Assembly (NCBI GenBank): GCA_043754515.1 | Contig: JAYUUO010000213.1 | Span: forward strand, 1-29,629 | Reading direction: 5' to 3' | DNA: 29,629 nucleotides | DNA from: Armatimonadota bacterium | GTDB taxonomy: Bacteria > Armatimonadota > Armatimonadia > Armatimonadales > Armatimonadaceae | In this document: positions 1 through 10,856 of the stretch, piece by piece | Position numbering within the stretch: position 1 is the stretch's first letter | How the letters are laid out: the number at the start of each line of letters is the position of its first letter | Made by a program: the position numbers and the translations under genes | Notes under the pieces: generated by a model | Seen by the model: only the letters and a program-made list of their open reading frames with translations | Told to the model about the DNA's origin: nothing | Database searches by the model: none

Positions 1-2687
<2,687 letters not shown>

Positions 2688-2700
2688 GTGGGCATCTTGA

Positions 2701-2755
2701 CCGCTCCGCGTCTTGGCATTGAGGAGGATATGTTCGGTGCCATGACGCGGGGCGG
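2701..2755. repeat. 18-bp imperfect inverted repeat after gyrB (REP-like or terminator hairpin)
   Basis: CCGCTCCGCGTCTTGGCA (2701-2718) pairs with TGCCATGACGCGGGGCGG (2738-2755), 16/18 Watson-Crick, 19-nt loop; no U-tract. Confidence 0.6.
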
Positions 2756-2904
2756 AACCCGCGTGTCCACGCCCGCGCGATGCAATCGCCCCAGAAGGGC
2801 GACCGCTCCGCGCGGATACGGCGGTCCGTGGGGGTATAATCGGGCACGGGTGCCATCCCATTCCGCGCCGCCGTCCCTTCCGGCGCGCTTGAATCACACA
2901 AACA

Positions 2905-5082
2905 ATGCCAATTACACGTAATGTCGCGGTGGTCGCCACCGCCCTCTTCGCGGCGGGCGTCACGCTCGTCGCCGCCGAAACTGAACCGGTGTTCGGTGCG
3001 CCCATCGTTCCTCCGCTCGCCTCCGCGAAACCCGTGCATCTGCCGCCGGTTGTGGAACGGGTACTGCCAAACGGCTTGCGGATCGTGCTTCTCGAAGATC
3101 ACCTGCAACCATCGCTTTCGGTGCGACTGGCTATCCCGGCGGGTGCGACGCGCGACCCGCGAGACAAAATCGGCACGGCGGACGCGACGGCGGCCCTGCT
3201 CGACCAGGGCACGACGACGCGCACCGAATCGCAGATAGCGGACACGATTGACGGGCTGGGCGCGAGCCTTTCCGCGTCCGCCGACTCTGATTACCTATTC
3301 GTCTCCGCATCGGGGCTGGCGAACTACGCCGACACCCTGTTCAGCTTGATGGCTGACATCACGCTACACCCGATATTCCCCGCCGACGAATGGGAGCGGC
3401 ACCGCACGCGCACCCTGTCCGGGATCACGGCAGATCTCGCGAATCCGGGGTCGGTGGCGAGTTCAGTGCTGGCTCGGCGTGTGTTTGGGGCGCATCCGTA
3501 CGGCAATTATGAGACGGGCACGCCGGAGACTCTGGCGCGGATCACGCCGGCCGACCTGAAGCAGTTCCACGACACCTACTTCGTGCCGAACGGCGCGGTG
3601 CTGTTTCTCGTCGGCGACATCACGCCCGCGAAAGCCGAGGGGCTGGCGAAGCAGTATTTCGGCGGCTGGCAGAAGCGGGACGCGCCCGCCGCGCCCGCCG
3701 CGCCGACCCGAGGGACGCAGACCAAAAACCGCGTCACCATCGTGGACCGCGTCGGTTCCGAGCAGACCGAAATTCGCATCGGCACGCTGGTCGGCGCATA
3801 CGCTGACCCGGACCGCACGGTGGTCAATGTCGCGAACGCCGTGTTGGGCGGCGGCGGGTTCGAGGGAAGGCTTGTGAAGGAGATCCGCGTCAAGCGTGGC
3901 CTGACATATGGCGCGAGTTCGTCGTTCGCGCGGCAGAAGGACGGCGGCATCTTCACCATTTCGACGTTCACCAAGCCCGCTACCACAGGCGAAGTGGTCG
4001 GCATCGCGCTGGACGAAACGAACAATCTCGCTACAGGCGGTCCCACCGCGACCGAACTGGGCGAGCGCAAGACATACCTGACTGGCTCGTTCGCGGTCGG
4101 CGTGGCGACCGCGCAAGGTGTGTTAGCGCGACTCGTGCCCGCCATCCTTTACGGGCGCGGCGCGGCGGAGATCGGCGAGTACGTCGGCAAAGTCGAGGCG
4201 GTGACGACCGAGTCCGCCCGCGACGCGATGAAACGCGCCGTGCCGCAAACGGGTCTGGAGATCGTGCTGGTTGGCGACGCGAAGGCGATCCAATCGCAGG
4301 TGACGAAGTTCGGCGACGTGCAGGTGATCGAGTCGGACGACCTGGATCTAAATGCGCCGGGTCTGCTCCGGCACAAGCCCGACGCGACCGCCCCGTTCGG
4401 CGAGAACGACGAGGCGCGGAGCGCAGGCGCGAAACTGCTCGCGGACACCATCGCGGCACATGGCGGCGACGCGTTCGTCCACATCAAGACGCTGAAGATC
4501 ACCGGGACCGGCGAGTTCTTCACCCCGCCCCAAGCGGGTGGCCTGACCATCCCGCTCGACTCGTTCACCCTCAGCACGGCGACCGGCGGCAGGAGCCGGT
4601 TGGAGGCGAGTTCGGGACTCGGGGACCTAGTTTTCGTCGCGCAGGGTGCGGGCAAAGGCGGGTTCGCCGTGTTCGGCGGTAATACGCAGAAACTGCCAGC
4701 GAGTCAGGCGAGTGGCATCGAGCCGACCGAGATTCTGCGCGCCGCCGTGTTAAACAAGTACCCGGTCGCCGCGCTTCTAGATGATTCCGTTGGGAAGACT
4801 GCCGACGGTAAATCCCTGATCGTGTACGAGATCCGCGACGACAAGGGCGAGGTCACCCGCGTATACGTGGAGATAGACACGAAGCGGGTGCGGCGCATCG
4901 TCGCCAAGCGGACGGCGGGGAGCGCGACCATTCTGCTAGATGATTACACGAAGCCGGTACACGGCGTGTACCTGCCCGGCAGTCTGCACGTCCAGCGGGA
5001 CGGCTCCGACCTGTTCCGGCTGACCTTCGCAAAGATCGAAATAGACACGCCACTAGCGGACAAACTCTTCGAGAAGCCGTAG
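2905..5082 (+). CDS. M16 (pitrilysin/insulinase) family protein, non-catalytic subunit, with signal peptide and C-terminal LolA-like extension
   Basis: VLPNGLRIVLLEDH, DLKQFHDTYFVPNGAVL, NAVLGGGGFEGRLVKEIRVKRGLTYG (R/Y pair). The HXXEH position reads GTADATAALL. Hydrophobic N-terminus; TATAAT at 2835-2840. Confidence 0.88.
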   Translation: MPITRNVAVVATALFAAGVTLVAAETEPVFGAPIVPPLASAKPVHLPPVVERVLPNGLRIVLLEDHLQPSLSVRLAIPAGATRDPRDKIGTADATAALLDQGTTTRTESQIADTIDGLGASLSASADSDYLFVSASGLANYADTLFSLMADITLHPIFPADEWERHRTRTLSGITADLANPGSVASSVLARRVFGAHPYGNYETGTPETLARITPADLKQFHDTYFVPNGAVLFLVGDITPAKAEGLAKQYFGGWQKRDAPAAPAAPTRGTQTKNRVTIVDRVGSEQTEIRIGTLVGAYADPDRTVVNVANAVLGGGGFEGRLVKEIRVKRGLTYGASSSFARQKDGGIFTISTFTKPATTGEVVGIALDETNNLATGGPTATELGERKTYLTGSFAVGVATAQGVLARLVPAILYGRGAAEIGEYVGKVEAVTTESARDAMKRAVPQTGLEIVLVGDAKAIQSQVTKFGDVQVIESDDLDLNAPGLLRHKPDATAPFGENDEARSAGAKLLADTIAAHGGDAFVHIKTLKITGTGEFFTPPQAGGLTIPLDSFTLSTATGGRSRLEASSGLGDLVFVAQGAGKGGFAVFGGNTQKLPASQASGIEPTEILRAAVLNKYPVAALLDDSVGKTADGKSLIVYEIRDDKGEVTRVYVEIDTKRVRRIVAKRTAGSATILLDDYTKPVHGVYLPGSLHVQRDGSDLFRLTFAKIEIDTPLADKLFEKP

Positions 5083-5097
5083 GAAAGCCCCGAACTA

Positions 5098-5724
5098 GTG
5101 GCAACGACCGCGAACGCGATAGTGCCCCCCTGCCCTGTGTCACCGCCGGGCTGGGAGGCGTTCGACAGGAGCCTACGAGCCGTGGAGAAAGTACGCGAAC
5201 GGTTGCGCAAGGCGACGGCGACCCTGGACGGGGCAGGCATTCCCTACGCGGTCGCTGGGGGGAACGCGGTCGCGGCCTGGGTCGCGCAAGTGGACGAGGC
5301 GGCGGTGCGGAACACGCAAGACGTGGACATCCTCATCCGTCGAAGCGATCTGCCGGATGCCATAATGTTTATGGAAGCGGCCGGCTTCGTGTACCGCCAT
5401 GTCGCGGGCATGGATCTGTTTCTGGACGGCGAGGGCGCGAAGGCGCGGGACGCGGTGCATCTCGTATTCGCGGGCGAGAAGGTCCGCCCGCACGAGGCCC
5501 TACCCAACCCCGAGGTGACCGACGCCGGACGGGCACCGGATGGCTTCCGGGTGCTGTCGCTTCGGGCGTTGGTTCAGATCAAGCTCACCGCGTTTCGTGT
5601 GAAAGACCGGATGCACCTGCTCGATATGCTCGACGTCGGACTGATCAACGAGTCATGGGTGACGCGGTTCCCCGCCGAACTCGGGGCGCGTCTACAATCG
5701 CTCCTCGACGACCCGGACAGCTAG
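5098..5724 (+). CDS. Pol-beta superfamily nucleotidyltransferase-like protein
   Basis: GIPYAVAGGNAV (GG motif), RNTQDVDILI (DxD) and C-terminal K...R.KD motif typical of stand-alone NTase-fold proteins; GTG start uncertain. Confidence 0.75.
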   Translation: MATTANAIVPPCPVSPPGWEAFDRSLRAVEKVRERLRKATATLDGAGIPYAVAGGNAVAAWVAQVDEAAVRNTQDVDILIRRSDLPDAIMFMEAAGFVYRHVAGMDLFLDGEGAKARDAVHLVFAGEKVRPHEALPNPEVTDAGRAPDGFRVLSLRALVQIKLTAFRVKDRMHLLDMLDVGLINESWVTRFPAELGARLQSLLDDPDS

Positions 5725-6197
5725 CGGCCTGGATCAGCTTCAGGCGGGTACAGAATGACCTGTACTCTGGGCAACCCCGAAAACGTTGACTCGATGCACG
5801 TCCGCACTTCCGCCCACGGCACCCCCCCTAGGCCGCAACCGAGCGGCGGAATCGCGATGGAGCGGATGCCGAGGCGTTTTACTTCGGCGATTAGTGCTTC
5901 CAGACCCGCTTCGATGTACTCTATTCTGCTCAAGTCACGCCAGTGTATCTTCGTCGGGAAGTTTACGATGTAGCGCGGCTCCGGCACTCCACGATCCCAT
6001 GTCAGCACTCTGCCGGGAGCCAGTTCGCCGCGTTCGCACGCGGCTTTGTAGGGCGCGAAGTTTCCGGGGAACGCCTTTTTGAACTGTAGCGCAAGCCCCC
6101 GACCCATCACGCCGACGCAGTTCACCGGGTTCACCAACGCCTCGACGCGGGCGTTAATGATGTCGCCTCGGGCGTCCTCTATGCAGGCCAAAAGCAT
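5721..6197 (-). CDS. Macrodomain protein, DarG/TARG1-like ADP-ribosyl glycohydrolase (macro domain only)
   Basis: GDI, VNPVNCVGVMGRGLALQFK, IVNFPTK.HWR, SIAIPPLGCGLGG.W motifs. Confidence 0.9.
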   Translation of the reverse strand: MLLACIEDARGDIINARVEALVNPVNCVGVMGRGLALQFKKAFPGNFAPYKAACERGELAPGRVLTWDRGVPEPRYIVNFPTKIHWRDLSRIEYIEAGLEALIAEVKRLGIRSIAIPPLGCGLGGVPWAEVRTCIESTFSGLPRVQVILYPPEADPGR

Positions 6198-6251
6198 TCT
6201 ATTAGTACCGTTCCTTCCGCACCCCCAAAGAAACTTCTACGCATCCTTCGT

Positions 6252-6524
6252 CTAGTCGCTATAAGAGCAATTTATGCGAGCGATCACCTCGCGAAGCGGC
6301 ATATCATCGGGCGCGTCGGCGACGGCGCGGTTCAGTTCGTCAAGCAGGCGCGCCCGGCGTTCGGCGGCGGCGCGTTCCTCGGCGGTCGGGTCGTGTTGAA
6401 GGACGCGCAACCACTCCCGGAGCCGTCTGCTCATGCGCGGGAATGGGGAAGGCCCGGAGGCGAGGCGTGCGGGTACCGCCCCACTCGCGGGGCTGTTCTC
6501 CAGAGGTTCGGCGGCTTTACTCAC
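6252..6524 (-). CDS. Hypothetical protein (90 aa, predicted helical)
   Basis: Fills the gap co-directionally with neighbours; TATAAT-AGGAAG directly upstream of the GTG start. Confidence 0.6.
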   Translation of the reverse strand: MSKAAEPLENSPASGAVPARLASGPSPFPRMSRRLREWLRVLQHDPTAEERAAAERRARLLDELNRAVADAPDDMPLREVIARINCSYSD

Positions 6525-6563
6525 GGCGTCTTCCTATTATATCCCGATTTCGGCGGCGGGTTC

Positions 6564-7733
6564 CTACCCCGGAAGTGTGACGCTTCCGAGCAAGGCGGCG
6601 CGGGTCGCGCCGGTCACTGAAGGGAGGCTTGTGGGGCGACCGCGCAACATCTCGTCGGCGAGTACGGCGAACCCAACCGCCTCCCGACTGTCGGGATTGA
6701 TGCCCAGTTCGTCGGACGTGTGGACGGGTATCCCCGCCAGTTTTTCGCGCAAGAACTGTATCAGTGCCGGGTTCCGCGCCCCGCCGCCGCTCACGATCAC
6801 TTCGCTTGGGAGCGCGGGCAAGAACGACGCGTAGGCAGCCGCGATGCTGTACGCGGTGAACGCGGTAACGGTGGCGAGCAAGTCGACGGGGCGGAGGGAG
6901 TGACTTGACACCCAGCCCTCAATAGTGGCCGCGAGCGCACTCCCGAACTCCTCCCGCCCCGCCGACTTCGGCGGGGTCGCTTTCAAGAACGGGTGCTCGA
7001 ACAGCCATCTCATTAGTTGCGGCTGCACCGTACCCAGACTAGCGATCGCACCGTTCTCGTCGAACCGCGCCCTGCCCCCGGTCGCCCATCCGGCGAGATG
7101 ATCCATCAGCATGTTCCCCGGCCCCGTGTCGAATCCGACTACCTCGCTGGGCTTGCAACCAGCGGGCAGATAGGTCACATTACCGATGCCGCCGATGTTC
7201 TGGATGGCGCGGCTTCGCGTGGGGTGCGTCAGCAGTCGCCAATCCACGTACGGCATCAGCGGGGCACCCTGCCCGCCCAAGGCGACGTCGGCGGCGCGGA
7301 AGCCTGACACAACCGGGAGCCCGGTCCGAACCGCGAGTGTCGCCGGGTCGCCAATCTGTAATGTCGCCGGGAAGGCACCGCGCGGCGCGTGCGACACGGT
7401 CTGCCCGTGACACCCGATGGCGACGATCCGCTCCGTCGCCAGTAACCGCGCCTCCGCGCGCAGCACCCCCACCGCGTGCGCATACCGTTCGGCGAGTTCC
7501 ACGGAAAGCCGCGAAACGGCTTCCGCGCCCCCCTCCCCGTGCGAGACGGCGAGAATCCGCCCACGGATGTCGTCCGCGAACGGCACCGACACGAACGCGA
7601 CCGTTGCCACCGCCTCGCCGGTGAAGCGAACGAGGGCGGCGTCCGTGCCGTCCGCGCTCGTGCCGGACATCAGGCCGATCAGCAGACGCGGGGACCGCCC
7701 GGCGTCGGCCTGGAGTTGTTGCCACGGGTTCAT
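6564..7733 (-). CDS. anmK: Anhydro-N-acetylmuramic acid kinase
   Basis: IGLMSGTSADGTD, GCHGQT, GGQGAPL, QNIGGIGN, FDTGPGN, PPKSAGRE.F, SGGGARN, EA..FA. Start placed at ATG 7733, after the hisG stop and with an AGGGG SD. Confidence 0.95.
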   Translation of the reverse strand: MNPWQQLQADAGRSPRLLIGLMSGTSADGTDAALVRFTGEAVATVAFVSVPFADDIRGRILAVSHGEGGAEAVSRLSVELAERYAHAVGVLRAEARLLATERIVAIGCHGQTVSHAPRGAFPATLQIGDPATLAVRTGLPVVSGFRAADVALGGQGAPLMPYVDWRLLTHPTRSRAIQNIGGIGNVTYLPAGCKPSEVVGFDTGPGNMLMDHLAGWATGGRARFDENGAIASLGTVQPQLMRWLFEHPFLKATPPKSAGREEFGSALAATIEGWVSSHSLRPVDLLATVTAFTAYSIAAAYASFLPALPSEVIVSGGGARNPALIQFLREKLAGIPVHTSDELGINPDSREAVGFAVLADEMLRGRPTSLPSVTGATRAALLGSVTLPG

Positions 7734-7743
7734 GATGCGACCC

Positions 7744-8613
7744 CTAGTAGATGACTTTGTTGAGGGGGAACTCCGCGAGACCGGTCGCCCCGGCACGCTT
7801 CAGCGCGGGAATCAGATCGCGCGCTTCCTTTTCGCCGACGATGATCTCGACCGCGTAGCCGTCATTGCCGAAAAGGGGTGCCACGGTCGGGCGTTTCAGG
7901 GACGGGAGTCGCGACACCACCGCGTCCAGATCAGCCGCCGCGACGTTCATCTTAAGCCCTACCAGGGACTCGGCATTTAGCGCGCCGTTCAGGAGCAGTG
8001 CCATGTTCTCGATCTTGGTACGTTTGGCAGGGTCGGCCCAAGACGCGTGGTTGGCGACGAGGCGCGGCGTAGAGACCAACAGCGTGTCCACGATGCGCAG
8101 GTTGTGCGCACGCAGACTGGAGCCGGTTTCCGTGTTGACGACGATGGCGTCGGCGAGATCGGGGACTTTCACCTCGTCCGCACCCCAGGAGAACTCGATA
8201 TGCGCGGACACGCCGTGTGAGGCGAAATACCGCTCGGTGAGCCGGACATACTCGGTGGCAATCCGCTTCCCCGCAAGGTCCTTCGCGCCCCGGATCGGCG
8301 AATCTTCTTTCGCGGCGAGAACGACGCGGATCGGGTTGCGCGTCTGCTTCGAGTATGTCAGTTCGCATATCTCGTAAACATCGGCGTTATTGTCCTCTAT
8401 CCAATCCTTGCCGGTGAGTCCGACGTCAATTACGCCGTCCTGCAAGTAGCGCGGTATCTCCTGCGGGCGCATCAGGATGGCACGTATCTCGACGTCATCC
8501 ACCACCGGCTGGTACGAGCGCACGTCCACCCGGATGTTCCACCCGGCCTTCTCGAACAACTTGAAGGTGGGGTCCTGGAGACTACCCTTCGGCAACCCTA
8601 ATACGATTTCCAT
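7744..8613 (-). CDS. hisG: ATP phosphoribosyltransferase, long form
   Basis: LPKGSL, RPQEIP, D.GLTGKDW, IATEY, ETGSSLRAHNL and C-terminal regulatory domain (PTVAPL...LKRAGA..KVI). Confidence 0.96.
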   Translation of the reverse strand: MEIVLGLPKGSLQDPTFKLFEKAGWNIRVDVRSYQPVVDDVEIRAILMRPQEIPRYLQDGVIDVGLTGKDWIEDNNADVYEICELTYSKQTRNPIRVVLAAKEDSPIRGAKDLAGKRIATEYVRLTERYFASHGVSAHIEFSWGADEVKVPDLADAIVVNTETGSSLRAHNLRIVDTLLVSTPRLVANHASWADPAKRTKIENMALLLNGALNAESLVGLKMNVAAADLDAVVSRLPSLKRPTVAPLFGNDGYAVEIIVGEKEARDLIPALKRAGATGLAEFPLNKVIY

Positions 8614-8619
8614 GCGGAC

Positions 8620-8625
8620 ATTATA
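8620..8625 (-). promoter_or_regulatory. -10 element (TATAAT) 6 nt before hisG ATG; leaderless promoter
   Basis: Minus strand reads TATAAT-GTCCGC-ATG; no SD. Confidence 0.7.
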
Positions 8626-8707
8626 TCGTAGTCAGCCATATTCAGGTTAAGGGGCGCGGGACGGGCGAAAAGTCCCCGCCCTTTACCTTAACTTAATAAT
8701 CGGGCGA

Positions 8708-8713
8708 TATAAT
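8708..8713 (+). promoter_or_regulatory. -10 element (TATAAT) 5 nt before MFS GTG; leaderless promoter
   Basis: TATAAT-AGTAA-GTG(8719); no SD. Confidence 0.65.
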
Positions 8714-8718
8714 AGTAA

Positions 8719-10035
8719 GTGCATGAATTAACCGCCGAAACCCTCGCCGAACTTCCCCGCCTCGGGGGGGCCTCTTCTGGACAACCGAATCGGTCGGGCG
8801 GCTACGCCGATCTCTTGCGATCCGTCCCCGCCTTCCGCGATCTCTGGGTCGGGCAGGCGATCTCGCAACTCGGCGACGCGCTCTACTACCTGGTTTTCCT
8901 GTTCATGGTCGAGAAACTGACCGGGGATCCGCGCATGGTCGGCGTCGCGGGTGTCGCGCAATCCCTGCCATTCCTGCTCTTATCACCGTACGCGGGTGTC
9001 GTCGCGGATCGGCTCGACCGCCGGACTATACTGCTTCTCTGCGATCTGTTGAGCGGAGCCGCCCTGCTCCTCTTCGCGGGGTACGTATACTGCAACCCAA
9101 CCCCTTCCGCGTGGACACTGATCGCGGCGGGCGCGACGCTCTCCGCGATCAACACGTTCTTCGCCCCGGCGAAGGGTGCCGCGATCCCGCAACTAGTGCC
9201 CGAAGAACGACGCGACGCCGCAAACGCCCTTTCGCTCGCGACACAGAACCTACTCCCGATGATCGGGATTGCGCTGTCGGGCACGCTCCTCGCGGTGCTG
9301 TACGCGATCTCGCCCTCGTATTTCTTCCTGGCGGCGATCATCCTGAACGCGCTGTCGTTCTTCGGCTCGACCGTGTTCATCATCCGCCTGCCGCGACTGG
9401 TACCCGTTCACGAGGCGCGGGACGAATCGCCTACCGCGCTCCGTGATGTGCGGGACGGGTTCGCGTACCTCCGAAATCAGCGCGTGTTGTGGGTGCTGTT
9501 GTGGCTCAACGTGCTCGTACAAATGGCGGTCGCACCGTTTATGCTCGTATATCTCGCTGTCAATAAATCCTGGTTCGGCGGCGGGTATGGCACGCTCGCG
9601 CTGTGCGAAGTCGCGTTTTTCCTGGGAGTCGTCGGTTGTAGTCTGCTGGTCGAGCGGATGAATATCCGGCGTCCCGGCATGGCGTTCATCGCGGGCACGG
9701 CGGGTATAGGCGTCACCATCGCTCTGATGGCGGTCTCAAAGAACGTCTGGGCATTCGCGTGGTGGAACCTCGCCGCAGGGATCGCGTTCCCGTTCATCCA
9801 ACTCCCGATGGCGGTGTACATCCAGAAACTCGTCCCACAAAACTTCCAAGGGCGTGTCAATGCCGCCATGTCCATGACCGGGATGGGAGTCGCGCCGGTC
9901 TCCATAGGGTTGGGTGGGTTGCTACTCGCTGCGGTCGGCCCCGCGTGGACGCTCGCGATCATGGGTACCGGCATCACGATCGCGGGGCTTCTGGGACTCT
10001 GCGACGCGGCGTTCCGCGACGCGACGAGCGACTAA
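8719..10035 (+). CDS. MFS transporter (DHA3/macrolide-efflux-like)
   Basis: FRDLWVGQAISQLGD, motif A GVVADRLDRR, Q..VP....GRV, about 12 hydrophobic segments. Confidence 0.92.
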   Translation: MHELTAETLAELPRLGGASSGQPNRSGGYADLLRSVPAFRDLWVGQAISQLGDALYYLVFLFMVEKLTGDPRMVGVAGVAQSLPFLLLSPYAGVVADRLDRRTILLLCDLLSGAALLLFAGYVYCNPTPSAWTLIAAGATLSAINTFFAPAKGAAIPQLVPEERRDAANALSLATQNLLPMIGIALSGTLLAVLYAISPSYFFLAAIILNALSFFGSTVFIIRLPRLVPVHEARDESPTALRDVRDGFAYLRNQRVLWVLLWLNVLVQMAVAPFMLVYLAVNKSWFGGGYGTLALCEVAFFLGVVGCSLLVERMNIRRPGMAFIAGTAGIGVTIALMAVSKNVWAFAWWNLAAGIAFPFIQLPMAVYIQKLVPQNFQGRVNAAMSMTGMGVAPVSIGLGGLLLAAVGPAWTLAIMGTGITIAGLLGLCDAAFRDATSD

Positions 10036-10109
10036 ACGGGAACGCGGGTAGAGCGGGCTTCTGTGTGATCATGGCCTGACTAAAATGTATTATTCGCAAC
10101 GTTCGCAAG

Positions 10110-10134
10110 GTTTTATTTTTTTACACCGGGGAAA
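10110..10134 (+). promoter_or_regulatory. Candidate SigB-type promoter
   Basis: GTTTTA (10110-10115) - 13 nt - GGGAAA (10129-10134), matching the Bacillus SigB consensus GTTTaa-N12-14-GGGWAW, in an AT-rich patch upstream of the lipoprotein gene. Confidence 0.5.
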
Positions 10135-10226
10135 ATAATCGCGGCTTTCGAGTCACCGCGACGGTAGAGCATCGCGGGATCTTGTACGAATTAGAGGAAG
10201 CGACTCAAACGCTTCGGGAGATAGTC

Positions 10227-10713
10227 ATGGGGGAAATCAGTTCGGTAGGTATCGCGATCTGGCTGCTAGCACTAGTCGGCGGTTGCACAAACGACGCGGC
10301 AAACACGGCCGGGAGTGATGCCAACGGTTCCGCAACGGGTAGCTCCCGAAGCGCGGGTAGCGGTTCCGGGTTGGGAAACTCCGGCAATTTGGGGGCCGCT
10401 TCAACTCTTACCAGCGGTACCAAGGGCGGTACCGGCGCGTCCTCGGGCGCGCTCGGCACCACATCGAGCGGTTCGATGTCCTCTGGGGCGACCGCAGGAG
10501 CAATGGGTGGTTCTGAAGGCACTCGGTGCCCCGAATGGCGTGGCACCGACGGGTGTCGGCGGGACCGGCGCGGGCACCGGTACGGGCGGTGCGGGCATGG
10601 GTGCCGGGAGCGGCGGGTCGGGGACGGGTAGCCCTACTGGTACGGGCACCGGCACGGGGACTCCCGCGGGCGGCTCGGGGGGAACGGTGCCCGTGCCTAC
10701 CACACTGAAGTAA
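10227..10713 (+). pseudogene. Gly/Ser/Thr-rich low-complexity lipoprotein, frameshifted (or assembly indel)
   Basis: GGGAG SD, ATG 10227, signal peptide with lipobox LVGG-C. G/S/T-rich sequence continues in the +1 frame from ~10519 (ALGAPNGVAPTGVGGTGAG...) to TAA 10711-10713. Confidence 0.7.
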
Positions 10714-10728
10714 CACCCCTTCTTGGAG

Positions 10729-10770
10729 GCGGGGCGGGTGATTCATGAAGCCCCCGCCCCGCTTTTGTTT
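10729..10770 (+). terminator. Rho-independent terminator
   Basis: GCGGGGCGGG (10729-10738) / CCCGCCCCGC (10753-10762) perfect 10-bp stem followed by TTTTGTTT. Confidence 0.8.
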
Positions 10771-10856
10771 GTCTCCCCTTCGGGCGGTGATAATTAGATC
10801 ACCCCGTGTGGGGGTTGTTTCTTTCCTACCGCTTAATTGTATAATAGGAGCGTACC

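Noticed and set aside
2688..2921. 77-aa ORF (or 63 aa from the SD-preceded ATG at 2730) after gyrB
   Set aside because: Runs through inverted repeats and the downstream promoter; Arg/Pro-rich with no recognisable motif.
5098..6524. Canonical toxin-antitoxin operon (DarTG or AbiE)
   Set aside because: No DarT or AbiEi-like gene; the NTase and macro genes are convergent, not co-transcribed.
10540..10700. GGNACN-type repeats as a DNA repeat array or CRISPR
   Set aside because: Explained by Gly-Thr codons; no constant repeat-spacer structure.
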